A DNA stretch of 64,000 bases from Octopus sinensis. Taxonomy: Eukaryota. The notes under the pieces are model-generated. The model made no database searches. It saw nothing but the letters and a program-made list of their open reading frames with translations, and was not told where the DNA came from. The translations under genes were made by a program, and so were the position numbers. The stretch's first letter is position 1. Each line of letters starts with the position of its first letter. This document shows positions 51,197-64,000 of the stretch, piece after piece. The stretch spans positions 101,246,001 to 101,310,000 of the forward strand of contig NC_042998.1 of NCBI RefSeq assembly GCF_006345805.1, read 5' to 3'.

Positions 51197-52444
51197 TATG
51201 ATGGGTGTTCATTAAAGATTTTCTCTGAACCACTTCCGGATACTGCAGGAAACGGAACTTGTACAGGTATAATCATACATGTCTCTACATGTCAAGTTGT
51301 AAATTGCAGCTTTCCATTAGTACTCGTTTGTCTTTTACGGCTGCTGAAGTGGATTTAGGTGTTGTAATGCAAGCAGTTGAATGCAGATCAGTGATCAGGT
51401 TCTCATAGTTGAAAGATCGTGAGATGAAAGAAGTTTATGGTGATGATGCTCCATCATACGACGTAGTCAAGCACTGGCATCGTCAGTTCAAATGTTGTTG
51501 GAAATTGGTGAAAACTACTCCTATTCATGAACGACCATATTCCGCCATTGATGACGACACCATCCATAAAGTGGAAACCGCCATTTTGGAGGATCGCCGC
51601 ATAACTATTTGGAAACTAGCGCCCAAGAAGTGTAGGGTCTGTAGAAAAATTCATTCATGACCATTTGCACATGCGGAAGTTGTCTGCACGTTGGATTCCA
51701 CGGGTGCTCACAACTTTTCAGAAGCAGGAACTAGTCAGTTGCTCCCAGGCTTTTTGGCAATGTGCCAAGAAAATGAGGAGGACTTTTTCAGTAGACTTAT
51801 CACACAGAATGAAACTTGGGTCTATCACTAGGATCCTGAGACTAAAGTCCAGTCGAAGCAATGGAAACATGGTAACTCACCACTTCTAAAGAAGGCTCGT
51901 GCCCAACCCTCAGCAGGCAAGGTGATGCTCACAGTCTTTTGGGATCAGCTCGGAGTAGTGACGATTGATTTTCTGGCAAAAAGTACCACAATATTATACT
52001 ACAGAAATTGCGGGAGGCCATCAAAGCAGAGAGGCCTGGCATGCTGACCAAAGGAGTCCGCCTCCTTCGAGACAACATCCCAGTTCGCAATGCGTATTTT
52101 CTCCAGAAAAGAGCACACTCCTGCAGCTATGAAATCCTTCCTCATCCCCTTACTCTCCCAACCTCGACCGCCTGACATTCACCACTTTCCAACCATGAAG
52201 TCTTCTTTGAAGGGAAAGCAGTTTTCAGATGATGTTGAACTTATTTCCAAAGTAAAAGTCTTGGCTCCACACGCAACCTATCGACGTCTACAGGTGAGGT
52301 CTTCACAGCTGCATGAAGCGATGGGAGAAGTGTGTCACCACTGGTGGTGGCTATATAGAGAAGGACTTATGATTATGGTAAGTTTCCTTTATCCTAACCC
52401 TTGGGAAGTGGGTCAGGGGAAATCTTTAATGAACACTCCTCGTG
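51197..52444 (+). mobile_element. Full-length decayed mariner transposon (~1.25 kb)
   Basis: TIRs (TA)TGATGGGTGTTCATTAAAGATTT and AAATCTTTAATGAACACTCCTCG. Frameshifted transposase pieces: EMKEVYGDDAPSYDVVKHW, KLSARWIPRVLT, TQNETWVYH, KVMLTVFWD and HPPYS-like motifs. Confidence 0.92.
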
Positions 52445-52542
52445 TATATTATCTAGAAGAATTCTATCCAGATATTCTGGGTTGATTTATACACCTAGTA
52501 TTCGCTTTCATTTAACTTGTACAATTCTATTCACATAGTCTC

Positions 52543-52622
<80 letters not shown>

Positions 52623-53412
52623 CATCATGATCACACATATACATTGACATAAATGAGCATTCATAAACAGGTACACACACTCTTATACACACACACACAC
52701 GTATATATATATACACACACATACATATATACACATATCGTAAGAGTCTTCACCTGCTTCACGATTTATAATTGAATAGGTGCATAAAGCAATTATTTGC
52801 AAAGATCTCAATGAATATAAGTGTAAATAACGCAAGACAACTTCTTGTGGCAGACTTCGTGTCTTTGCTGTTGCATTCATTTGTTTAGTTGGTTAAGTAT
52901 GGTGTCTAACGCATCTATCTATAGTAGATATGATTATCACATATATATGTATATATCCTTCGTATACATACAACTACAGACACACACACAATATATACAA
53001 TATATATATATATATATAATATATATATATAGTATATGTTTTCTATATGGTGTGAATAATATCTTTTCATTATTGAATTGTTTAATAGAGGTTTTTCTCT
53101 AAATCATATACATAATTATATATTATGAAATTTGATATAAAATTGTTAAATTGAATTTCTCCCTGTAAGTTTTGGAATTATATTACCACACACACACACA
53201 CATATATATGTATATATATATATAATTCAATTATATATTATTCAATTATCCATTCAAATACTACAGAAGCCCTCACGCGAATCTGGCAGTACGTATAATG
53301 CTGCTGGAGAGCACCGAGAGAAATCTGAAGATGGACGAACTTTATACTGTACTCTACTACGTTCTTAACAGAATATAACCTAACTCTCAACCTCTCTCTC
53401 TCTCTCTCTCTG

Positions 53413-53493
<81 letters not shown>

Positions 53494-53698
53494 GTCTACC
53501 TATCTATATTTTATTAATAAAGCTACAAAAACATTACAAAAACTATTAATCCCGAGAAACGGGCACGTGAATCTCTGATTAACAGTTTTTGCGATACTTT
53601 TGCAGTTTTATTAATAAAGCACAACATTCTACTTCCTGTATTCAATTACTATTTTTTCCACCCTGTCTCACATTTATGTGCTTACCCTGGTATATATA

Positions 53699-53760
<62 letters not shown>

Positions 53761-53989
53761 AATACATAGGGCAATAACAAATTATTATTACCAGTGGCCT
53801 AGCACAAAAAAAAAACGAATTAGTCATTAGATTTTATATTATTCATATAGAAATACAATACACTTCTGCGCAGTGGTTTGAAAAGTTAGGTTATACAAAC
53901 CGTTAGTTCTACATGTGGATACGCAAGCCAACACCGGTTGTCAAGCGATTGCCGAAGGACAAGCACGAACAAAAGAGACACACACATAT

Positions 53990-54345
53990 ATGATGGTGTC
54001 TTTCTTGATCTCGTGTAGAATCGTCACTTGAAGCATTTTCAAGATCAGTCTCATGTGAGTTGTACGAGTATGACTTTTCAAGCCGGCAATCGGCCTGTAC
54101 TGTTTGGCACAGATGTTACAAGCGAGATTGCTCCCAGTTACAACAAAAGAAACCATTTGTTGGTCGTCATGCACTTTCATGCATCATCTCAAGCGCCCAA
54201 GCTGATAAGCAAGCCATACCGCATTCTCGGCATGTTTTTATGCGTTGTTATGCCATACATGGCGTAATCCAGTGTCGAATCTATGTGCCTGGTTTCTTTT
54301 GTGATTTCTCAGCGCGATCTGCTGAATCAGACTCTCTCCGCTAAA
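53990..54345 (-). mobile_element. RTE-type LINE 3' end with a C2H2 finger
   Basis: LACNICAKQYRPIAGLKSHTRTTH matches the CxxC...GLxSHxRxH C-terminus of RTE elements. Confidence 0.65.
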
Positions 54346-54548
54346 TTACTGGAACGTAAGCACACCAACACCGGTTGTCAAGCGGTGGTGACACACACAA
54401 ACGCGCGCGCACACACACACACCACACACAAACACGCACATGCACATAGTGCATACGTATATATATAGAAAGATTTCGCAGAGATTTCGGTGAAGCTGCA
54501 TTCTCGTTGACACGTATGAATGTCCATTATATGTATATATATATATAC

Positions 54549-54580
<32 letters not shown>

Positions 54581-54694
54581 TATATATATATACATGTATA
54601 ATATATATAATATATGTATAATATATATATACATAGTATATATATACATGTATATATATATATATACATGTATATATACATGTATATATATATA

Positions 54695-55840
54695 CTAAGC
54701 AATAAGGGTTAGCAACGAGTTGCCTTACACACATACCGAATTTAGAAATAGCAGTCAAAGGGTTATAGCTATTTCTTTCTACTAAAAAGGGAGGATCTCA
54801 GTAAAAAACAGCATTTTGGAAGGCAGACACAAACAGGTAAGAGAGAATGATTGACTGCAATCTATCATACATTTTTTTAGTTATCCACGGACGTACGTTT
54901 CGAATCAAGTTTTAAGGAAAGCATAAGAATTAAATATTAAATATTAAATAATAAATAATTCTATCTTACCGAAACCTCTTTTCTCTTCAGCGTAGAATAC
55001 TATAATCATAAATGATTATATATTGAATTTTGAGATACCAGAAGGTACCAACTCCACTCAGTATCAGAGCGAGCTAGAATCCGCAACTGGTATCACCGAA
55101 TTCAATTTGTGAATGAAACGATTGTGTCAACAGCCCCTTAAATTTCCTCGAATGAGGCTTTTACATGCCGAAGACTACTTGGTGTAATTGATAATTTTTC
55201 CAAATTAATTAATTTCACCCTTCATTATTACGGATAACCATATTTATCTCAGTAGATGACCACAGCATCTTGTTTTGGCTACACGCGGGTGGAAGGGCTG
55301 GTTGACACAATCGTTTCATTCACAAATTGAATTGGTGATACCAGTTGCGGATTCTAGCTCGCTCTGATACTGAGTGGAGTTGGTACCTTCTGGTATCTCA
55401 AATTCAATATTAATCATTTATGATTATAGTATTCTACGCTGAAGAGAAAAGAGGTGGTTTCGGTAGATAGAATTATTTATATTTAATATTTAATATTTAA
55501 TTCTTATGCTTCCTTAAAACTTGATTTCGAAAAGTACGTCCGTGGATAACTAAAAAAATGTATGATAGATTGTTGTCAATCATTCTCTCTTACCTGTTTG
55601 GGTCTGCCTTCCAAATGCTGTTTTTACTGAGATCTCCCTTTTTAGTAGAAGAAATAGCTCTATAACCTTTGACTGCTATTTCTAAAATTCGGTATGTGGT
55701 AAGGCAAGGCAACTCGTTGCTAAACCCTTATGCTTAGTATTACTTAAATTTTCCTCGAATGAGGCTTTTACATGCCGAAGACTACTTGGTGTAATTGATA
55801 ATTTTTCCAAATTAATTAATTTCACCCTTCATTATTATGA
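54695..55840 (+). mobile_element. Retrozyme-like insert: ~1.15 copies of a ~607-bp monomer preceded by an inverted ~445-bp copy, in (TA)n
   Basis: Bases 54695-55138 are the reverse complement of ~55292-55740. CCTCGAATGAGGC recurs at 55146 and 55753. Confidence 0.8.
55434..55545 (+). ncRNA. Type I hammerhead ribozyme with a ~75-nt stem II insertion; inverted copy at 54885-54995
   Basis: CTACG-CTGAAGA-GAAA[75 nt]TTTC-GAAA(C/A)-GTAC-GTC-CGTGG: canonical core, 5-bp stem I, GUC triplet. The left-arm copy reads GAAACGTACGTC. Confidence 0.75.
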
Positions 55841-56865
55841 TATATATATATATATATATATTATATATAGATATATATATATATATGTGTGGTGTGTATG
55901 TATGTATGCATAAACTTATTCGTCACTCACAGGAGAATAGGACATTATAGCTTGTACTTTCTTTTCGATATTTGTTTTCTTTACGTATTAGTCACGCGCA
56001 AATATAGATACCATCTCTACCCTTCCACATACTTAACACGTTCTCGAGCTCTAGTACATAAAAAAAAAAAATTGCTGTGGTCCTTTGATTCGGAATCGAA
56101 TTCCACTTTGCAGACCATTTGTGCAAAAAGACATTGAGTCAATCTGTGAATGATGTTAGCCAACTACCAGACACAATTCAACCATCAATAGCATTGTAAC
56201 TGCAATATCTATTAGAATCTCAAACCTATCGGCGAATGAAAACATTTCTAATTAATATACCCCAATATACAATAATGACTTAAAATTGAGTTTTAATGTT
56301 TTATACCCTTCATTGACCGTTCACATGCCACATTTTTGTTGTAAATATGCTATATGCTTTGAACATACTCCCAAAGTCTGAGTAAAGAAGACAAAAAAAT
56401 TTCAGCTCTACAATAACTTACTATGCATTAATTTTGCATTGAGTACTCTTCGTCTTATTTCAACACTGAAAGACACATACAAACGTGCGCGCACAAACAC
56501 ACACATACACACACACAAAAAAAAACAACAAAACAACGTATATAATATATCTAATATAAACATTAAAATTTCATTTACTTTATGTCACAAAGCGACTGAC
56601 CTTGCTCAATAAAGGCGCTTTCATCATATTATATTTATACCTATGAATATTCAAAGATGAATACGTACAGCTAATAGATATATTATGCGTGTGTGTGTGT
56701 GCGTGCATGTGTGTGTGTGTGTGCGTGTGTGTGTGCGCGTGTGCGTGCGTATATATATATGTATGTATAAATATATGTATGTACATATATATGTAACTAT
56801 ATATATGTATATATATTCATCTATCTATATATATGTATATATATATATATTACATACATATATAT

Positions 56866-56938
<73 letters not shown>

Positions 56939-57916
56939 TATATATGTTATAAAATTAGATAGGGGTTGTAAATTCAACCCTCCATGGGATAACATATATC
57001 CAATATACTGCTAGAGAAGTACCCAACAAAACTAATACATAAATGTTAAAAATTGCGATGCAATTAATTCATCTACTGTATTATGTGGGCAAGGGTAAAA
57101 TTATTAAACTGCTGTTGTGTAATGGTTTAATAAAGTATTGATTGGGTATTATCTGATGGTTGATGATTGATTTAGGTATATTTCTCCATTTTCTCATTTT
57201 GTATATTTATATATGCATACTTCATACTTCATCTTCAAAATGCATATATATATATATATAGAGAGAAGAGAGAGGGGTGTGGACAGAACAACAAAGTAAT
57301 TTGGAACATCTTCTCTATCAGTAGACAAGTCAGGTTCTTTGACATTTCCTTCCCATATTTCCTATATATATTTCTTATATTAAAGATTTCCTATATTAAT
57401 ATATATATTCTTCAATATTAGAAAATAGACGAGAAAAGTAAGCATAAGAAAAATGCCGAAAGGAAAATATAAAAATAGAAATTTTAGAAACCAAGCACAC
57501 ACACATACACACACGCGCGCGCACGCACACACACACACAGGCACGCATGCACACACACACATGTAGATACAAATATACACACTCACTCACACACATTTCG
57601 AAAAGTAGCACAGAAAACGGACATATACTTAAGCACATTCACACAGAATCAGTTGAAAAGAATAACCGGAAAATTTTGATTTTCGGTTCTGTGTCTCTGT
57701 GTGCCTGTTTGTGTGTGTATGTATGTGTGTGTGTGTCTGTGTGTGAGGGAGAGAAAGAGAGAAAGAGAGAAAGAGAGAGAGAAAGAGAAAGTGTATGTAC
57801 ACATACATACACATACACATATACATATATATGTATGTGTATACATGTATATATATGTGCATATATATGCTTATACATATATGTATATATATAATATATA
57901 TATATGTATATATGTA

Positions 57917-57986
<70 letters not shown>

Positions 57987-59288
57987 GTATGTACATAAAT
58001 TGTAGCTATTCATATGTATCGTATATATCATATACATCTCACGCTCCAAGCTAAAACAAGATCAATGCAGACTAAAGAATTTTTTCAGATTTTCGTTAAT
58101 TATTTTATCAGTATTTCGTTCTTTCTCACTTTCTTTCTTTCTGTCTGTCTCTCTGTCTGTCTCTCTGATTTATGTATATGTGTATATATGTATATACATA
58201 TATAGTTACACACACACATACACACACGCGCATACACACATAATTATTGATCGCCTGAAACAACAAACAAACAAATGCCAGAAACACGTCGTTGCAAAAA
58301 AAGAAATCGTCAATTTCAAACACACACACACACACATACACACACACACACACACATACATACACACACACACACATTTATGGCTCCTATAGAAACGCAC
58401 CTAACTTCTGATATAGTATATGCAGAAATACAAATAGCACGAGAGAGACAGAAGCCCCGAAGAAGTCGCGATGAACAATCGCGAAGTACATCTGTCACAT
58501 TCAAACCCGTTTTGTGACATTTTAATGATACATCTAAAACAAATTGATATAGTTATATATGCACGACATATAGTCCTCCAAATGCCCCAAAACATGATGG
58601 TAAATTGAAGAATACTCTCAGACATTTTGATGCGGTATTGACTAATCTGCACCAACATAACAATATAAACCTACTGTGCAACTTTAATCTTCTAAATGTC
58701 TCCTGGCGGCCACATTCTCTCTAGAATGTCAGCACATCAAGAAAGTTACGCAAAATTATAACTTGAACTTTCTAATATGCTGTTCATGGAATAAGTCATA
58801 CTTTAGCTAACCAAGAATAACATTCTGTATCTCTCCTTTGCAAATGATATGGACCTTGTCCATTATTTGAAACCGATGCCAACAGCTTTCTCGGACCTCG
58901 ACATTGTAGAACTAATAACATATATATACCGGTGAAACAATACCTAACTCAAACAATGCCTAAACTCGAACTTTCATGATACAAACTGGATATTAGTCTG
59001 GCTCGACAGGCTGTGTGTATGCAAGACAACGACTGAAACTCAGTCAATCTATGTCAATGCCGCATTTCTTTTGACACGCAAAAGAAAGGTCTCAAACCAG
59101 TCATGTAGGTAACTGAAGAATGGCGAAAAGTATAACTTAAAAGGAACACCCCGCAAAATTGAAAGCAACATCAAATTCTCCCATAAAAATGGAAGACCAG
59201 AGAGATGGAGATAGAGAGAGGGGAGGGAGAGTAAATAGAGAGGGGAGAGAGAGAGAGACAGTGAGGGGAAGAGGGAGATAGATTGATA

Positions 59289-59350
<62 letters not shown>

Positions 59351-59699
59351 ATAAAAAACATACCTTAAAGCATAAATGCTTTCAATGCCAACCCAATAAA
59401 ATACTCATGTTCCATTTTATCCGTGAGAGAGTACTAACTTTGTACCATTTTTGTTATAATTTTCTTAATCATCGGGAACAAGAATCCAGATTCACAGGTT
59501 AAATATCGGTTTACAATAATATACATACAACATCTTACTGCATCCCCATTCCTCTTACCTACCAGCCTGCCACCGCGGCCTTGCGACGCAGCATTCTCCA
59601 CCGCAGCCTTGCGACGCAGCATTCTCCACCGCCCACAACCTAACTCTGATACGTCTTGCTTCTTCCCTCCTCTACCTTTTCTTCTTTTAAGCATGCCCG

Positions 59700-60090
59700 C
59701 AACCATCACAGTATCCTCGTTCATAGATCCAATTTCCCTACATGTTCCCCTTCAGATGTTTTCATTGCTCCCGTTCCCGCTGCCATAATGTCCTTTCCTT
59801 TCCCCATTAAGGCGCACTTCTAGTAAACTGATATATGAGCTCCAGTGTTCCCTTTGGAAATTTACTTATATCTGAACCGGTCTCCAATTGGCCGACAGGT
59901 TCGTGGAGCACCTCAGAAACATTAAGCTTAGATAAAGGTCAACTGTCTCTCGGTATTTCTGCCCCACCGACCAAACTATCTGGGTCTTCGGTGTGGTTCT
60001 CGTACCACTCGCCATCAGAAAAATAGAATCTTATTTTCTCTCATTAAGCATATACGCCGTTCGATCTGAACTCTCCTTCACAATAAATAG
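59700..60090 (+). pseudogene. Decayed Penelope-like GIY-YIG endonuclease region
   Basis: CSRSRCHN-like Cys cluster, then SSKLIYELQCSL...TYI*TGLQLADRFVEHLRNI...VSRYF...VFG...RKIES. Confidence 0.7.
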
Positions 60091-60778
60091 TTTTTTTCTT
60101 TCCCACCCGCTCCACTGTTCCATCTTTATACTCCTTAACGTTGACTAATTTCTCTCAATATCCGACGCCATTATCATATATGTCATTTATCTTTTAAAGA
60201 CTTAAAGTGTAATATGAAATAGATATCACTTACACACAGGCACACGCGCGCACACACACGAACGCACACACACATTCATACGTGTGTGTGTGTGTACATA
60301 TGTATGTGTGTGTGTATGCGCATATGTTTGCATGGAAAGTGGATGGTGTTCATAAATGTCTGATATTCTGGAAAGGAATAGTTAATGATAATAGAAGCGA
60401 TATATGCATTAGTCACCTTAAATGCTCATGTACATGAACACATCAACTTTTGTATGAGTGGGCAGGAAAGTTGATTAGTCTGAGTATCAGACGGAAAGCA
60501 GATGAATTAAATTAGTCGGCGTATAAATGGTGGTTGATGCTAATTTTTTGCTGTTACTTATTTCCATTCGTTCTTTTCGAAGTGCCTTGGTGGACAGGAA
60601 ATGTTGTTCTAGTTAATCTCCAACAAAATTTTGTGATGTGGAGGGGTGAGATATTAGGTGATGAGGAGCAAAAACGCTGCGACACGCATCAAGAAGATGC
60701 TTTATGAAACGATTTAACAAGTGTCGAAACGATTGTGTATGTACGAAGCTTTTGCGGCGATCACATTTCTTGAAATGC

Positions 60779-60890
<112 letters not shown>

Positions 60891-61509
60891 CATACACACA
60901 CCACATACACATATTTTCACAAACACACACAAACATATATATATATATACATATGTACATAGACACACATATACATGTACATGTATATATACACATGTTT
61001 GTATAGATAAATGTGTATATGATGTTTTACGTATTATATGGTATGTACTCGTTAATATTTCTGACATACAATGTATTCGCGTATTTCAACACAAAAGATT
61101 ATTAATGAAATAACCCACGTTAAACAAATAAAGACATGAAATAAATCATTTCCCTTTCAAAAAGAAAAAAAAAATTGACACATCTTGTATTGAAATATAA
61201 AATGTAATAATGTGATGGCCAGCTGCTAATATGATACGAACATTTAACAAACTATCAACGAGAAAGAAAGCTTTGAAACCATTAATTTATAGCTGCTGAT
61301 TATAAATTCACATATTTAATCTAGCGTCTTTTATTAAAACAAAACAATCACTCATACTATGGAAGCTTATTTATATCTCGCTCCTCTATTATTTATACGC
61401 GTTTGTGTATATAAATCCTTCGTATGCTTATTAAGTGTTTTGGGCCATAATTTTGAATAGCTCAGCGAGCGCGTTGTTTAACCTCAGTCAAGCAGACTTG
61501 TGACCGAAG

Positions 61510-61662
61510 CACTAGCGTAGCTAGAGGGTGTGCCGCCCGGGGCGGCCCTTCCGTTTGCCGCCCCCAGACCCCCACAAAAACCACATATTGCCTACAACAG
61601 GATGAAAAGTGCCGTCCGGGGCAGACCACCCCTACCACCCTCTCCTCCTAGCTACGCTAGTC
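61510..61662. mobile_element. hAT-type MITE (153 bp)
   Basis: 14-bp perfect TIRs ACTAGCGTAGCTAG / CTAGCTACGCTAGT. An 8-bp TSD, GACCGAAG, lies at 61502-61509 and 61663-61670. Confidence 0.85.
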
Positions 61663-62020
61663 GACCGAAGGCATTCTGACCATTTCTTTCCATCTTTTCA
61701 GGCAATTTTCTTCTGAATATGCTATCTGATATACCATTTCTTTTTTGAAACACCATACAACTATGGCTGCTTTTTCTAGCAAGTCGAGCGACTAATAGAA
61801 CTTTCTCGTAAGAGTTGTTAACACAGAATAGAAATCCATCTTTTCCTGAAACTAACACTTGAAGATGCAACTCTGTAACCCTAGAAAATGCAAGAATTTT
61901 TGAACCTTATTAAAGCTTCTACGGTCGTTAATGTCAATAATCTCGCGATGTTTTTGAATTCGTGAATAGTAGTTTATTTATTGAATCCATTCAAAGAAAG
62001 AAGTTACACCCCACCACATA

Positions 62021-62052
<32 letters not shown>

Positions 62053-63184
62053 TCTATATATAATATAGATATAAATATATATATGTTGTCACTATACATA
62101 CACCAGAATATCAGCTGAAATGCGTGTTTCTTATCAACGGAGAGGTTAGTGTATGGCTATGCAATCAGAAAACTTAAAATGTGGCATTGATAACCAGAAT
62201 TATCTACCCTGGATAAATAGCTGGAATATTGGCGATCACTTTGAAGGGTATGCTTTTGCAACCCTAGAAAAAAACACGAATAAATAAATACATTAACATA
62301 ATGGACAAAAAGGATATGAACGCAAATAAAATGCCTATATGTAACAACCGATGCAAACACTGTGAAATTAACTCTGAAATGTTATTGACAACAGAGAAAG
62401 AGTTCTGAAAAATTTCCAAATGGGATTATTCGCCTAAAAAGCATGATTCAGTGGTCAAAACACGATGCAATGCGATGTATACTTTCGAAGATCAAAACAA
62501 GAACTTACATTAATGTAAAGACCATACTCACCCATAATAATAAAGAATACCGTAATTTCGGGCATTCAAGTCAATTTTTTCAGACCAAAATTTACGGCAA
62601 AAAACAAAATAATAATGGTAACTATAAAACGTTGGCCAATTTATATATCAATACGAACTTGGAGACGCAAAATATTCCATGCGAAGGGCAAAAGGATTTT
62701 TTGAAAGATATTGACAATGTTTGAATGTTTTACACTACATGTTTATGCTAAAATGTATTACGTCGACTTGTAAGCTGCAGAATACAGTACTATTGAATGT
62801 CTGTCAAAATATCTGTAAAATATAAGCATAACCAATCGATGTGGGATAGAGAAGAGAAAGCATGCACGGTAGTATAACTCAGTTGTCAAGCATATGTTAA
62901 CACATACTGAAAGATTAAACATGTATGGCCAACTAATGAAAACACACGGGACAATTAGATATGTAGCTGTCTCAGCAACAGTCTTAAGAAGCAGGGTTTC
63001 ACAAAATCAGACTACACACAGTAAATTAAGAATCTACAAGTACGAGCTGTGAATGGAACTCTGATAATATTGAAAATATGAGTTTAAATATAAAAGTTTA
63101 ACCTGCTGTATAGAATTATGCACCTATGTACACAAACGCGCGCGCGAGCGAACAAACACACATGTGTGGATATAAATATATCAA

Positions 63185-63440
63185 TAGAACAGCCTGCTCG
63201 TGAAATTAATGTGCAAGTGGCTGTCACTCTGCAGACCCGCCTCCTCTTAACGTAGTTCTCAGAGAAAGTCAGCGTAACAAAGAGACTAGGCCTTTGAAAT
63301 TCAGATAATACATATATGACTCATTTTTGCCAGTTGAGTGAAGTGGAGTAACATGAAATAAAGTGTCTTGCACAAGGATCGAACTCACGCCTTACATTCA
63401 TGCACTGAATTCGTTAACCACAAAGCTACACAATTTCACT
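63185..63440 (-). mobile_element. SINE family C copy (degenerate)
   Basis: Reverse complement similar to 28003-28290: GAAATTAATGTGCAAGTGGCTG and GAAATAAAGTGTCTTGCACAAGG. Confidence 0.65.
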
Positions 63441-64000
63441 ATAAATGCATACATACATGCATATATATAGGTATATATATATATATATTTATATGGCTCA
63501 AAAGTAGGTTTGCAGTTATCACGTAGGCACTTTAAATTTCCTTTAAAACATTTTATTACATTTAAATTTCTGTCTTACAATTGATTAAATTAGCATAGAA
63601 TAATGGTTTCATATTTGTTCATAATTAAAATCTAAACTGTTAATATATGAATGTGAAAGAGATAGTTGAATAACTGTAAAACTAGCTTTGGACCAGATAT
63701 ATATATATATATATATATATTAATATTATATATATAATAATATTATATATACATCCATCTATACACACACCACACACACAATATATATTATATTATATAT
63801 ATATAATTATATATATATATATATATATATATACATGCATATATATACATACGCATATATATATACATTATATATACATACATATATATATTAATACACA
63901 CACACACAGATATATATAAAAGCTGGGTTTCTGTGTTTCTAGGTTAGAACCCAGCTCTTAATCTAACTAGAATGCGTGTGTATGTATCTGTATGTGTGTG

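Noticed and set aside
53928-54384. 20-bp direct repeat CCAACACCGGTTGTCAAGCG flanking the RTE 3' fragment, read as a TSD
   Set aside because: The 20-mer is an internal part of SINE family B. The left copy continues as SINE-like sequence for about 45 bp before the RTE tail, so two SINE fragments are the simpler explanation.
3991-55840. Foldbacks as pure sequencing or amplification chimeras
   Set aside because: Not favoured as the general explanation. All five contain a hammerhead, share the same inversion polarity and end at TA microhomologies, and an older diverged foldback exists at 6.0-6.3 kb. Individual loci still need read-level confirmation.
62185-62225. TTGATAA-CCAG...CTGG-ATAA, resembling the U3-A8 hammerheads
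   Set aside because: It lacks GAAA, a palindromic stem III and stem I pairing.

Overview
This is AT-rich, microsatellite-dense eukaryotic non-coding DNA. The SINE families and repeat style resemble octopus/cephalopod DNA (inference from memory, not searched). I found no confidently identifiable host gene, and almost every ORF in the supplied track is a translation of simple repeats. Recognisable content: several tRNA-derived SINE families; decayed LINEs (CR1/L2-type, RTE, R4/NeSL-type); a full-length decayed mariner, Tc1-like fragments and MITEs; non-autonomous Helitron pieces; and Penelope-like (PLE) GIY-YIG remnants. The main finding is a set of minimal type I hammerhead ribozymes (HHRs) that can be folded by eye at about 4.2/5.0, 5.5, 19.8, 31.0, 34-36.6 (six copies), 37.2 and 54.9/55.5 kb. 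Five of the loci share one architecture: an insert in a (TA)n tract, made of a sense copy plus an inverted copy. In four of them the sense part is a tandem of 360-607 bp monomers; the fifth (4 kb) is a single PLE 3' end. The inversion is always at the 5' end of the ribozyme-sense strand, and the outer ends fall at TATA-like microhomologies. Three of the ribozymes carry a compensatory U3-A8 core, and one locus still carries a PLE GIY-YIG C-terminus. This looks like a PLE-mobilised, retrozyme-like system that targets TA microsatellites, possibly by twin priming. Coordinates were counted by hand and may be off by a few bases.
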